The position numbers and the translations under genes are program-made. The notes below the pieces were generated by a model that saw only the letters and a program-made list of their open reading frames with translations, made no database searches and was not told where the DNA came from. Shown here one piece after another: positions 48,401 to 62,000 of a stretch of 64,000 nt of DNA. The stretch is taken from NCBI GenBank assembly GCA_028023455.1, contig JAQFVV010000001.1, positions 27,590,001 to 27,654,000 of the forward strand, in the 5' to 3' direction. The stretch is from Epiperipatus broadwayi. Taxonomy: Eukaryota > Animalia > Onychophora. Position 1 is the first letter of the stretch. Each line of letters opens with the position of its first letter.

Positions 48401-49879
48401 TAAATGGTTTTATAAGTAACAATTAGAAAACAGTCAACACTTAGACAATTGCAATATAAATAATGAACTACATTAATAATTTAAATTACTAAAAAAAAAT
48501 TAGACAGATATCTATTGGTGTGTTACCACTATTTCTTTGATTATTAAAATAAGCAAAAGTTATTTGATTATGTAATTTTAGAAAAGATTTTTTTATTGGT
48601 ATTTATTACCATGTTCAACATTTAATGATCAGACTATGGTTCTATTCTCCCATAGTGTCATTTTAACATTTCTATGACAACAAATAAAGTTGTAGGGTTT
48701 AATAGCCAATTTGATGGCTTCAGATAGTCAGCAAAGCATTTATTATTTATTTTATTTATTTATGTAGATATTAACTAAGGAGAGTTTATGTTTTCTCCTC
48801 CCTACAAGATCCCTACTTACAGTACATTATTATTACTTGATATGACATAAAATATTTTATTTTTAATTTTAATAAATAAACCATTCATTTATTATATATT
48901 CACTCAAAATTCAAATATATTTATTAAACATAGAATTTATAATTGTTTTCTTTATTTGTTCATTTATACTATATGAGGATAATAAATAATGACTGTGTTT
49001 TTCTCACAATATTTATTTCTTCTGACAAAATCCATTGACCATTACTTTAATTTTTTTAGCATTTATTTTTAGCACTACATATTTTCATCTGGTAACTATT
49101 GTAATATATCTTGAAGCACAGAAGCACAATTTGCAAAAAAAAAAAAACAATGACATAATTTGCAAAATCTAGCTGACTTAAATAAACTTATATCTTTTTA
49201 TTTTAATTCTCAAAGTAGTTCCTATTAAAATCCTGAAAAAGTTTTGAAAATAAAAAATTACCCCGCCCTATACCTAGTGCTGCTACATGGATAAGAGACA
49301 CTTTTGTACAAGATAAATTTTAGTATTCTTTTCCATTCTATAAAATAAAATTTGTAAATTAAAAGACACTTTTTCTAGCACTTTCATAAGAAAAATTTGA
49401 AAATATGTCTTTAGTCATTTAATGTGTTCAGTAAGTAGCTTGTCTGTTTTATTTATTTATTTCTAGAAAACAAACCTGGAGATTAAAACACATGCTGAAA
49501 TAAAACAAATCTTTTTTTAAAAATTATTTTTTGAAATAATAATTAAATAATACTTTAAAACAAAAATGTTGATTTAGTAAACTTGAATTTTTTTTTCAAA
49601 AGTATTTATATTATTTTTAGGACAATCCAGAAAAATTGCTAGTAGAGAAAAAAAATATCTGCAAATAAGATAATTTATTAAATATCTAAGTGTTTTATCA
49701 TATTTAAAATAACCTATCACCACACCCAAAATGACATTGTACTGCTTTCTTATTTTTTTTAGATAACTCTATTATTCTAGTTTACATACTTGGTGATTAT
49801 CTACAGCCATTGTATGATTATCTAAAATGCACTTTTTATTATTAAATATTATATAACAGTTTACAAGCCACATGGTTTT

Positions 49880-50100
49880 TAGTATGTGGATAATTACAGA
49901 TGAATTATGGGACTGAAATTATTATAGGTATATTTTTAAGTAATTTCTTGAGGTTGATTCTACACTCATAAAACACAAATAAGCATAGAGATGACAAGTA
50001 TGGACAGGTTTGAAAAAGGTGTAGCATTTCTTCTGGATAATTATTGCACAAAACATGTGGGTTCAAGATTTGGCTTGAATCAGTCATTAAGAAATATTTT
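49880..50100 (-). mobile_element. L1/Tx1-like ORF2 C-terminal zinc-finger relic
   Basis: NPHVLCNNYPEEMLHLFQTCPYLSSL matches C..C....E...HLF..C. Confidence 0.5.
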
Positions 50101-50999
50101 TGTTGAAAATATACCCGCTAATAAAACTACTTTCATCATTATCAGTATCTTTCTGTGATTACAAGAGGCAAATCAATCTATGCATATTTTCCAGTAGTAT
50201 ATTTATAAATATAATTATTTATGTTACTTAATCTATTAATCTATCTGACAAAAAACTTGCTATATTGTAAAAACTATTTTAAGTTATTAATTGCTATATT
50301 TGCTGTTTATATTTAATAAAAGTAAATAAATCTCTGAATACAGATATCCACATCCATATTCGTATTCTGAACGAACTTGCAGTTTCAAATCTAGTTGCAA
50401 TTGACTCATTATTGATAATATATCCCAAACTTCTAAATCTATCTCCACTTTACTTTTCTAATTCTGATAATTTTATATAAGTTATATACTTTAAATAATA
50501 AGTGAAATAATGCTTAAAGCTAAATGGGATAATATGTAAACATTAGAAACCAGTAATCACCTAAACATACCAATATAGATAATAATCAACATTTCTTACT
50601 GTTGTCAAGGCAACCTCTCACCTGTTATATACTTATATAAGGTGCCTATAAAAATACGTTATAGATAGAATTGAGAATAAATGAATAATAAAAATATGGT
50701 AGTATAAAGCAAAGAATTTAATTTTTACTGTTAAAGGAAGGACTTGACTGATGTGTTATTCCATATGAATCTGTCCTACAAAGAAGTAAAATACATTTTG
50801 GTCAATCATTTCTCATTATTTATTTTCTGGCAATTGACTGTTGACCAGGATTTTATTTTTCTTCATTGCATTACCATATGCATTAACAATAGTAATCAAT
50901 TCTATATTAGTCAATATTGCAGTCATTTGTAGTATTCAAAAAAAACCCTATATCAGATTTTCATATCAAAATGCAACAGCAATGATTATATTACACAAT

Positions 51000-51880
51000 G
51001 ATATAAAAATTAGTGCTGAAAAGACCGTATGACAGGATAACTCCATAAATCTAGAACTTTTTACAGCAATTTTGCAAAAATATTTTATGAATTAAAATGG
51101 GAAGTTAAGAAGTAAAAGTAAATGGAGAATATTTAAATTATCTAGATTTTCGAAGGTGTAATTGCTTTTACAAATAATGCTGCAGAGCTTAAGGGAATGT
51201 TGCAAAAATTATCAGATAAAAGTAAGAAAGCAGGCCTAAAGATAAATTCTAAAAAGTCTAAAGATTGTTCAGTGGATATTGTCCAAAGAAGAAAATGAGG
51301 AGTTAGAAGAACTTAACAACTACAAATATTTTGGTCAGATTAATACAGATTGAAACATAATGAATCAAATTAATCATAAACTTATACTTGGGTGGAATGT
51401 TTTTTGTTGAAATAACTTGATATAAAAAAAAATATGTCTATGCATTTGAAAATGAAGATTTTTTAATGTTTAATTGGTATTTACTTATGAATCTAAGATA
51501 TAGATATGTAAAGAGCAATATGCATATTTCAAACAACCCAAATATCTATGGAAATATATGTTGGGAGTAACAAGAAGGTATCAAAACAAAATATATGAGT
51601 GAGAAATCAAACAATTATTACAAGCATCATTGAATAAGTTAAGAGACTAAATTAGAGCAAGGCTGACCATATTTCTAGAAGAGATGATAATGATGGACAA
51701 TTAAAATCTTAAAATGGATTTTTAAAAAAATGTATAAAACTTAGAAAAAGACCACATGTGGATGGTTGGATAAAATAGAAAAGTGTTCTAGAATGATGTG
51801 GTAAAGAAAAGTTAAAGATTAGAAAAAGTGGATTAAACTTGGAGAGATCTTTATCCTCCAGTGGATTGATAATGGCCAAA
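51000..51880 (+). mobile_element. RTE-clade LINE, 3' part (RT domains 4-7 and C-terminus), degraded
   Basis: LFTAILQK, VKVNGEYLNYL, ELKGMLQKLSDKSKKAGLKINSKKSK, YKYFGQ, LGWNVF, YMLGVTR, HISRRDDN and LGEIFILQW. Confidence 0.78.
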
Positions 51881-52537
51881 AACAATAATGATATATAAAG
51901 TAACTAATAAAATTATAACCTTATTACAATAATAGGATGAAGAAAAGGGTTATTACAGTGAGATGAAACTCTGTATAATCTATAATAAGACAGAGAATAA
52001 AAAAAACTTCCTTTCAGGATCTGTTATATTATAGAATTGTAACAAATTTTTTAAAAAATACACTTCTAAGACTAGCAACATTAATATCTCAGGATTGATT
52101 TTCTACTACAATATCTACATTGACAAATCAGTTCACTGTATTTACATATTTTAACCAGGATAGCAAGTATGGTGTAAATTCTTATGTTGCATTAACTACA
52201 ATTAACAATTTTCTCAGGGTTTTAACAACATATAATAATTACTATACTTAACATTTATATAAATAAGCATTTATTTTTATAGCGTCTGCATATAATTGTA
52301 ATTTACATTCATATCGGCCTTATGAATGTAAATTATACTTAACATTATTGACCTCAAAAATTACGTAAATGATTTATTATTGATATGACCAAATAGGAAA
52401 GAAATTTTATTGTATCTACTCATATTTGAAATGAATAAAATATTGGATGGAAATAGTGCAAGTGACTAACATGAGGAATAATATTTTTTTTAATCAACAT
52501 GTAATAAATTATAGAATTATGTGATCATATTTTATTT

Positions 52538-52884
52538 ATTTACAATGTATAGATGATGAGTCTTCACTAATTAATGACAAATGAATTGGATAATTAACAA
52601 ATATAAAATTAATTTTAATAACAATAAAATGATATAAATATTTTAAAAAATATTTACAGGTAATTAGTTTTCTGAAAGAGCATAAATAGTATTATAATAC
52701 TATAGTTAATATTTACAATGTATAGATGATGAGTCTTCACTAATTAATGACAAATGAATTGGATAATTAACAAATATAAAATTAATTTTAATAACAATAA
52801 AATGATATAAATATTTTAAAAAAATATTTACAGTTAATTAGTTTTCTGAAAGAGGATAAATAGTATTATAATACTATAGTTAAT
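52538..52884. repeat. Tandem duplication, 2 x 173 bp, near-identical
   Basis: ATTTACAATGTATAGATGATGAGTC... starts at 52538 and again at 52711. Confidence 0.95.
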
Positions 52885-53296
52885 AAATACTGGTCATGGC
52901 AGTGATAATTATGTGTGATATATAGGAACATAATGTTATAATGAGAACATTACATTGGAGAAGGTTGTATAGCATATAACTTCAAGACTTGAGTATTAAC
53001 AATAAGCAAACTCTGAGAATGTTTTACACTATCCTTAATTAAAGTAATAGTAACCTTTTCTTATCGGTATATGTCTTATAAACTAAATCCTTTTACAAAA
53101 GAGCAGAGTAGTAACCAAACTTATATATCTTATTCTTATAAAGTACAATGTTAACTTGACCTGAACATCCCAGATGCTGGTGGTATTACTTACTATTTTT
53201 ATCAAACTTCTATTATGATTAAAATTATAATAAAGTACTGTTAAGAGCTTGCACCAACTAAACAATAACATTTACATGTTTATCAATGCCACAAGT

Positions 53297-53299
<3 letters not shown>

Positions 53300-53366
<67 letters not shown>
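53300..53366. repeat. (TA)n microsatellite
   Basis: Seen directly. Confidence 0.97.
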
Positions 53367-53370
<4 letters not shown>

Positions 53371-53749
53371 CTTCATAGATGTGTGTAAAAATCTTTCATT
53401 AAAGAAGTAAAAATGGTCATCTTAGTATAAATTTGACTTATATTCTAAATACCCTTATTATCTAAAACATAAGATTTTATCAAATGATTAATAAAACATA
53501 TAAAATATTAAATATTGGCCATAAATAATTTTTAATTAACTGAAACTCTAGGCAACTGATCTCCAAGGTGCAAATAAACTACTAACACCCATTTATAACA
53601 AATTACACTCTTGAATATAATATATTACATGTATCTTCTTTATCATACCTTTCTTTTTTGAAAACTTTTATAGAACAATAAAATTTTAAAATTAAACAAA
53701 TTCAGTAACAATATTATATCTTTAAAATAATAATTCGTAGTCTTTAAAA

Positions 53750-54450
53750 GCATCCAAGAAAAAAATATCCAGGCAATATGTATTTACAATTTTAAATGAT
53801 TGTCATTTTAAGGTTGAAGAAATCCTAATGGATAAGTTTATCATCACTTAATCTTTGTAGACATTGGTCAAGAATAAAGGCTGAGCTTGTAAATCCACTA
53901 ATGATCAGTTTCTGATCACCATTTGATAAGTTTATAGTAATTTGTTTTATTTTCATTAGATAATAAACACAACAGTCAATCCTTTAAGGTATTGTTTTCA
54001 TCAATTATAAAATTTCTAAGTATATTTTTGAAGACAAAATATTGATGAATTTAAATTTATTTATTGACAATGGTTTCTGTAATAATTGTCCATCACTTTT
54101 GTTGTTATATTAAGTAGTAGTTAGTCCATTGGATGTATTAGTTTTAAATTAATATTGAAAATTTAGGTAGTTTTTTCATAAATTTAATACAAAGTAATTT
54201 GTTAATCCATTAATCCACATTAGTTTTATAATACTCATCTGAAGATTTATGTTTTCATAGCAAATATAAATTCCAAACAAGTAATTTCTGCTTTGGAAAA
54301 GCACTCTTAAAAATTTTCATAGTTGAAATCCAATTATTTGGTTTTTATTCCTTTTAAATTCATTATTGAATAATATATGCTGTTAGACATTTAGTTTTTT
54401 CATTTGGGTCAATATAGAAGAATATTTTCCATTAAAGAGGCAAATATTTA
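53750..54450 (-). mobile_element. Possible PLE RT relic
   Basis: GIYICYENINLQMSI and KNYLNFQY*FKTNTSNGL resemble FDI.SLYTNIP and NNYF.F....YKQ..GL. Confidence 0.33.
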
Positions 54451-54654
54451 GTTGGTTGTTTACTCGGGCATCATTTTAATGCAGGATGCCAGAATGGATA
54501 ATTTTGAATTTAAATTGTATGCAGTCTTTCTGCATACAGTTAATAAAAGACTAAACAATTTTAACATATAGGTTTTATATATGTTTCTGTCACATGTAAT
54601 AATTAATTAATGAAACACTATATTACTTTTACAATGTTTTATTATCCACCCTTT

Positions 54655-54700
54655 TTTCTGTTTACAGTTTCGATCGCCCCAGCAATCTTTTTCAGAACCT
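54655..54700 (-). ncRNA. Degenerate hammerhead-ribozyme-like motif
   Basis: The minus strand reads GGTT CTGAAAA A GATTGC TGGG GCGATC GAAA CTG TA AAC. This is CUGANGA with one change, a 6-bp stem II (one G-U), GAAA, and UA. Stem I is only 3 bp. Confidence 0.38.
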
Positions 54701-55045
54701 TATATCTCCTAATATCACTGTAACAATCAATTAATTATTATATTGTATACATTTGACAATGCAATAGAAAATAGTAATTATTTCCTGTCACATGATTAAT
54801 AAGATCATAAATTTTACCCAAAATCGTTCACATTTTTGGATTTTTATAAAAATATTTTGTCAAACATCAGTTAGAAATAGTGGAAGATAACATTTGGAAA
54901 TCGTGCCAAAAATTATGATGATTTTGTTTTTTAAAATTTTTAGATAAATATTATTTCAAATATTGAATACCAGATTAATTAATTAGTGACTAAAATAAAT
55001 AAATATACATTATTGTGTTACAATACATTACTTATATTATTAATA

Positions 55046-55270
55046 CACCTGGATCTTGTTTTATGCGATAGATAGGTTCCACAGAAAACCCACATTAAAA
55101 AAAATTGCACAAAAATAGACTTAATTTAGCTTGAAAAATGGGGGATAGGTTCTCTATTTTTTAGAATTCACATAAAACCAAAGCAACAAGGAAAAATTAC
55201 TTTAAACTTCGCATTAAAAAAATAAGCAAATAAAGTATGACTAATAAAAAATTTCAAATATTTGAAAAAA
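55046..55270 (+). mobile_element. Truncated second copy (left end) of the 18488-19449 TIR element
   Basis: TA|CACCTGGATCTTGTTTTATGCGATAGATAGGTTCC.CAGAAAAC...TATGACTAATAAAAAATTTCAAAT aligns with 18488-18715. Confidence 0.88.
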
Positions 55271-56377
55271 ATAATCAGTGCAGATGAATTTCCTGCTTGA
55301 TAGTAATAAGTTCATTTCTGGTTATATGCACACACATTCATTCCTGCTTCATATGATTCTTGGATTCCATAAAATCTTTGAATATGTATGGCCTCACCAA
55401 GATGGGCATCAACATCTCAGTTTCATCATTGGATATAACTCCATTTATGCATAACCTAGCATTGCTTTCAGTATTTGTAATGCATATTAAAGCCTGATCT
55501 AGCAAGCATATAGTCATTCATAATTCTAAGCCCTGGGCAGTCATTTATTAATTATGACTTTGGTATACTTAATTAAATATTCCTATCTTAACACTACTTG
55601 GTTATCCATTAATTAATAGGCAATCCCTTGATAGAATGTGCACCCTGGACATTATTAAGACATAATAAAGTCTATAGTCTCTCTACTGTATTAAGTTCGT
55701 GATAATTAAGCTGCTTAGTCATTAATTTTGTTTTTAACCTATAAGAAATCACAATATAAAATAAGGTTTAAATCTAGACATATGAACTTTTATTTCGCTT
55801 TATTATTATTGTTACACGTAACATCGTACATTTATTTCTTGTTTATCATAATTAGCATCTTTTAGTTTTAAGACTCTTGTATCTCACTGACTTCAGTGGG
55901 ATATAAGAAAAATGACATATATGTTAGCATCCGATGCGTAGTCATATAAAAATTGTCCTGGAGGCATAGGTAATGAGATTCAACTTTGTATTGCTTGTTG
56001 TAATGTTTATATCGATGTTAAATACAGACATGCAGTTAGTGATCATTGCTGGGTTTTTAAGATTAGTTTTGCTGACTATTACAATATATGTGTGTGCGAT
56101 TGAAAATAAACAAATAGATTATTCATGTTATTTACTCTGAATAAACTAATAAATAAATTTATTAAAAAAATAGATTTTTTTTTTTTACATTTTCCAATTT
56201 ATGTATATACATAATAAATAATTAATGCTTCAAAAATATTAAAGCTAGCTTATAATACGAAACACGCAAATATTGCACGTATCACGACTTATAAAAAGTT
56301 AAAAAAGGTTTACATTTTTTGCTAAATGTTAATTTTTTCTTCTGATTTATATTTTTCTAGTCTTAATAATCACTACA

Positions 56378-57364
56378 ATGGACGTAAATAAAAGTTGTTT
56401 CTATGATAATTCTAGCTATAATAATTATACCATCTCTTTGATAAAAAATCCTTTTATTCGGTTTTATGCCAGAAATATTTGGCCTTATTTTTGGGTCGCA
56501 GGAAATATAGGAAATGTTTTAAGCATTTTAGTTTTCAGCAAGATACAGTTAGATTTGCAAATGAAAACTGGCTTTCTCATTTCTTCTATTTTTGATCTTT
56601 TATTAACAAACGCAGTTTTACCTTACATGTCTTTCTTTTACAGCAATAATGTTAATTACTTTATGAAGTTCTATGTAACAAAACTACATTCCACAATTCT
56701 CTTGTCTTTAATGGGATGTAAATTTTGTTTAATATTTCTATTAACCACATATCGTTTTTTATCCGTGTTTTGCCCTCAAAAATATAAATCTTTGATTACA
56801 GTAAGACGAATTATTATTTTTATTTTCTTTATCGCTATTATATCTTTATTATTTAATGTTAATTTTATAGATGGTTTAGATTTAAATCATTTTACTTGTT
56901 ATAATAATTATAAAGTGCAGGATTTTCAAGTAAATATAGAAATGTCATATTTTGGTTTTCGTTCTTTACTTGCACAAGTTTATGCCCAAGTTTTTTGGAA
57001 TTTTCCTCTATTGGCTTCATTTATATTAAACGTGGCATTAATTATTAAATATCAAAAGTTAAAACAAAATCGTTTGACTCTGCAACAACGTCAATATAAT
57101 TGCAGTTTTCAAGAAATTAAAACTCTATTTGTTTTGTTGAATGGAATGCTATTTATACAGATAATATGTGATGGAATATCTGCTATTGTAATATTTTTAT
57201 TTATTATTGCTAGAAAATTTCAGTTTTATCCCGCAGTTGTAGTTATTGGAGGAACTTCAGAATATGTGAGTTTTGTAATACCATTTTATATCTATTTCTT
57301 GACCAATAAAGGATTTAGAGACATTTTATTATTTCTATTTAAACTAAAGCATTTTAATAAATAA
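56378..57364 (+). CDS. Class-A (rhodopsin-like) 7TM GPCR, peptide-receptor-like/orphan chemoreceptor type, single coding exon, 328 aa
   Basis: Intact ORF with seven hydrophobic segments: TM1 GNIGNVLS, TM2 ..IFD, TM3 LTTYRFLSVFCP (DRY/ERF position), ECL2 Cys, TM5 FP, TM7 IPFYIY followed by helix 8 NKGFR. N-terminal NxS/T sites NKS, NSS and NYT. A pyrimidine-rich TAG acceptor ends at 56360 just upstream; AATAAA overlaps the stop. Confidence 0.9.
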   Translation: MDVNKSCFYDNSSYNNYTISLIKNPFIRFYARNIWPYFWVAGNIGNVLSILVFSKIQLDLQMKTGFLISSIFDLLLTNAVLPYMSFFYSNNVNYFMKFYVTKLHSTILLSLMGCKFCLIFLLTTYRFLSVFCPQKYKSLITVRRIIIFIFFIAIISLLFNVNFIDGLDLNHFTCYNNYKVQDFQVNIEMSYFGFRSLLAQVYAQVFWNFPLLASFILNVALIIKYQKLKQNRLTLQQRQYNCSFQEIKTLFVLLNGMLFIQIICDGISAIVIFLFIIARKFQFYPAVVVIGGTSEYVSFVIPFYIYFLTNKGFRDILLFLFKLKHFNK

Positions 57365-59089
57365 AAGTTATCCCTCTTCAATTAATTCAAAATAATATGA
57401 CACATTACAAACATTTAAATTTAGATTTAATGATTTAGTCATTGAATAAAAATCTGTCGTAGCTAGAATCGAGGAATGAATTCCAAGACTTTTTAAAAAC
57501 TGAAATTTCAATCAAGTTCATATATTTTTTTCAAATTGCAGCCTTATAATAAATCCATTTACTTTCCCATTAATTATTAGTAAATGATCATATATTTCTT
57601 TTTACATATTATACAAAAATCCAAGGATATAAAATTTTCTTATCTGTCAGGTAAGTTTTGATGCCAAAATAAATAAACAATAAAACATTAATAATATATA
57701 ATTAATCTTAGAAACATGTAATGTGATGATGATGATGAACGCTGTTTGGCTGTACTAACAATCTCATATCTTCTAGTGTTAATGGAATGATTGATCGTTA
57801 TGAATCTTAAGTGGTATCAATCACTCGTGCCAATTGTTTGATGGACGATGTGATAAAAATTGTTATTTAATATATTTATAATTAAAATAGTAATTTCTGA
57901 CCTACTTTCCTTATATTAATTTTGGTAGATGAATTATAAACAGATTAAATTTTGTTTAAAAATGAATTAGAAAAGTACTTTTAAAGAGACCGAAAGTTTT
58001 TAATTGACAATTCTCAATGTTACTTCGCTGTGTTCTTATGACTAAAATATATTTCTAATCAATATTATTAATGCAACATTATTTATCACTTTTTGAACCA
58101 TTCACAATGTTTTATCAAAACCCAGAAGTTTAATTCCTCTTAAGTCTTACTATCTATATGAAATCCCTTGTATGAAATACAAAGCTTTATAAATGAAAAT
58201 TAGCAATCGTTTCGTCAGTGCTAGAAAATATGAACATGATAATGCTATCAAACAATGATCATTATCACTACTCTACGGTTAAGAATATCGAACATAATAT
58301 AAATTTTCTAAAATTCACATCGTATCTAATAAATAAACAAAACATCAAAACCTTAGATTTGATGGCATTAATTAACCATGAACATGATAAAAAAAAAAAA
58401 AAAGATTTCATCCAAACAAACATTTTGTGAAGATTGCAGAATGAATAAAAAAAAACATCTAAAGTTTAATAGGGCAAAAAGAAACAATCTAAGTTAATAT
58501 TGGAATTGTACAGCAATGTCATGTTGATGCAGATACTGTAAAATGATTAATATCGGTGTGGACATTATTAAAAAATCTAATATCTATGTGGATATAACTG
58601 AAGTTGCATTTGTAGATAAAGTAATAATATTTTTTCAAATCAAATTAATTAGAACTTATGAATATATTTGATAAATTATGCAACACAAATCGCTCAATCA
58701 TTGCAGAAATCACTCTTTGCAAGGATATCTCCAAATACGTCTAAAACAAGCATAAATTATTCCTAAATGTAGTAACAATGTAAAAAAAGAAGTTATTTAA
58801 TTCTATCAATCATATAAATAATATTTAAATTCTAAGTTCATGGATTTTTTTTCTTATTTCTACTAACAAATTCAACTGTTACAGCAAAGGCACAAATTTA
58901 AGATTTAAATTCCGCATAAATGGTTTGTTATAAGAGTAAGTAACCATTAAGTTGAATAGTGACTTTTTTGTCTACAATAATAAAGATTCTCATGTTTTCA
59001 CGCAATTTGCAATAAGTAGTACTTATCTGTGACACATGGTTATACGCCAAAACCTGTTGATAATAGCATACTTATTCATTATACATTAT

Positions 59090-62000
59090 TATCACTATCA
59101 TAGCGCCACTGTTGAATTAAAGCATTTTCAAGTTTAACCAGTTTTTATCTCCTAGACACTTCAAAACAAAAAGCTTTCTTATTTCATCCACGAATCTGAC
59201 ATGTATTATCTTTCTAAGTCATTTACAATCTATTGGAGTCCGATTAAAAATTTTAATTTCTAATAATATGCCCAGAACACCATTTCACTCTCTTAATTCT
59301 TTTATGGATGTCTGTTTTCTCATAACATACTTCATTTTCACACTCTTTTTGTTACTTCTAATATATATTTCTCCATATTCTATTGAACGGTCTAAAGAAT
59401 TTGTGTTGTTATTTTGTTAAATTTGCATGTCTTTTATCCTTAAATAAAAATTGTTAGTCAAAAATATTAAAAACTTTTTTCAAATATTTAGGCATATTTT
59501 CTTTTAATGTTAAGATTTTTCTACCACAACTATCCTTTGTGTTTCAATATGACTAAGGTAGTTGTAGATATTAACTTTCTTTAATTCTTACTTGTCAATT
59601 TATTTGTTCTTTTGTAAAAATCCATTAAACATTACTTTAATATTTTTAACATTTAACTTTATTTCTACATGTTTTTCTTCTGATAACTTTTGCAACATTT
59701 CTTGAATCTTTGAACCATTAAAGAATTAGGGTCATCTGCAGAATGTGGATTAATTAATTAACCTTTATTTCATTTTACTTCCTTAGTTTATCATTTTATC
59801 CACAAAATATTTCTTGTAAAACTGCTGAAAAGAGTTTTGGAACTATGGAATTATCGTACTATATATCCTTAAAAAGCAACTTTTTAGTATTGCAATGTAA
59901 TCTAGTCACTGCTATTACATTTTCATAAATATTCTTTAGAATATGATAATATTGTATATCTATATAATGGTGATTCAAACCTTTTAATCATATTAGAAAT
60001 GCTTATAGGATCAAATATATTTTCATGATCTACAAATCCATAATATAATGGCAAATTATATTTATTGGAAATTTTTATAATTTCTATCAATAACAACCTG
60101 AGATTTATTGTATTAAAAATCAATTGTATATGCAATTTTGGTTGGATAGTCTCAAAGTTCACTATAGAAGAATTGTAATTATTTTGTGGTAATTTTTTTT
60201 GCATAGAACTGATAAAATAGTGATGTCACTAATTTCTAATATTTTCTTTATAACCTTTCTTAAGTATCACTGTTATTACTGAATTCTTTCAATTCTACAC
60301 ATCTTTATTATTTAAGAATTTGGTAATATAGCCTTATCGACAATTTTTCTAATTCTAATACTGCTTTTTTAAATATTAATAACAATTCCGTCAATTTTTG
60401 GATATCTTTCTTATTTTTTTAAAGTGTTTGACAATTCAATAGATGTAGTAAATGTAAGAGATACTTTGTTTTCTTATTCTTTATTATTATATAATTATTT
60501 TATGGAATTTTCGTATTATCTTTTTTGTTAGAAATATCTCCATCTTTTCTTCTTATTGCTAAAATACTTTCTTTCCAAAATCATAATGTTGATTTTCACT
60601 TGTGAGATATTAATTTTCGTCTATAGGCTTTTTTGCCAATTTGAAATGCATTTTCTTACATACTATTAACTATTTTTTATACTACATTACAAAACTCTAG
60701 ACATTCAGCTTTTTTAAACCTTTTCATATTTCCTACTTTTTTTGTGCATTGTTTTGCCTCAATAAAAAAATTATTAGTAAATTGCTACTATTTTGTAGTA
60801 GATATTGTCCTTCAAATTATAAATGAAATATCAGTTATTTTTTCTTTGATTTCAGAAGTGACTGAACCATCTTCAAAACTCGTTAATAAATTAAAATAAT
60901 TTTCAAGTTTTAATTTAAACTTATTAGAGAATTTTCAAAGTTTAAAAATATCATTTGTTAATATCGTTTTTCTTAATAGGTTTTTCTCTCTAGTTGTGCC
61001 ATAATACTTGTCTTACATCTCACTAATTAAACAGGCAAAACTCTCTATACAATAGTGCCACCCTGTGTCAAACAGAGTAATCAATGGATGCCAGAAAGCT
61101 TGTGCATAAAATCCCCATCTATGCATAAGGCTTCTATCATCCATTGATTACTCTGGTTGGCACAGAGTGGCACTAGTGTATGAAGAGTTTTGCCTGTTTA
61201 ATAACAGCTATGTGCTAACATAAAAGATGGTGATCATATGATGTTTAGTGGTTTAACACCAATCTCACTAATTGCTGTTCACTTTTTGTGTTTAATGTAT
61301 AAAAAACATTATGATCTTGAACAATATATTTAATTTTTCATGAGTCAAGATACAATCCACTTCTTTTATAACTTCATTTAGTTGTTTCTTTATCTATTTC
61401 AATTTGGTATTTATCTTAAACAAAAATAATATACAACTTTGTTTTTGCTGCAAATTCCACGAGTCAATGTCTCGCCTATTTCTGATATCATAACTAAATT
61501 TACGGATAGCACTTATCTGTAATTGCTTGCATATTAGTTCTAGTATTATAGCTTATAATGATAATTTTAAAAATGTTCTTTAATTTTATCAAAAGCATTT
61601 TGTACATTTATATAAAAATTCTCTACACTGTCGTTACAATAAGCCTGAATTATTTGAATTTAGTATTTACCATTTATTTAAATAAGTAACCTTACAATTC
61701 TCTATAATATATCATCAATCTTTACAACTTGACTTTTTCAATTTTTATTTATAATGAGACCCACTTCACTCGTACTTCCAATGTTTATACTCTTGTAGCA
61801 AAATATAAGCATGTCTACTTTTTAAAATTTAGCTTTTCATCATAACTTCACAATAGCAGCCAATGTTCCCTTCAATATTAGACAATTCTTTCAATTCATG
61901 CAATATTGCTTCTCTTGAAATTAGTTTATTATTGTATATCTCTAAATAAAAAGTTGTTATGAATATTAGCCTGAGTCATAATTAGATGATTTATAGCAGC

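Noticed and set aside
52548-52590. ATGATGAGTC..GACAAA hammerhead-like motif in the 173-bp tandem repeat (retrozyme idea)
   Set aside because: Two core positions are wrong and there is no stem I partner downstream.
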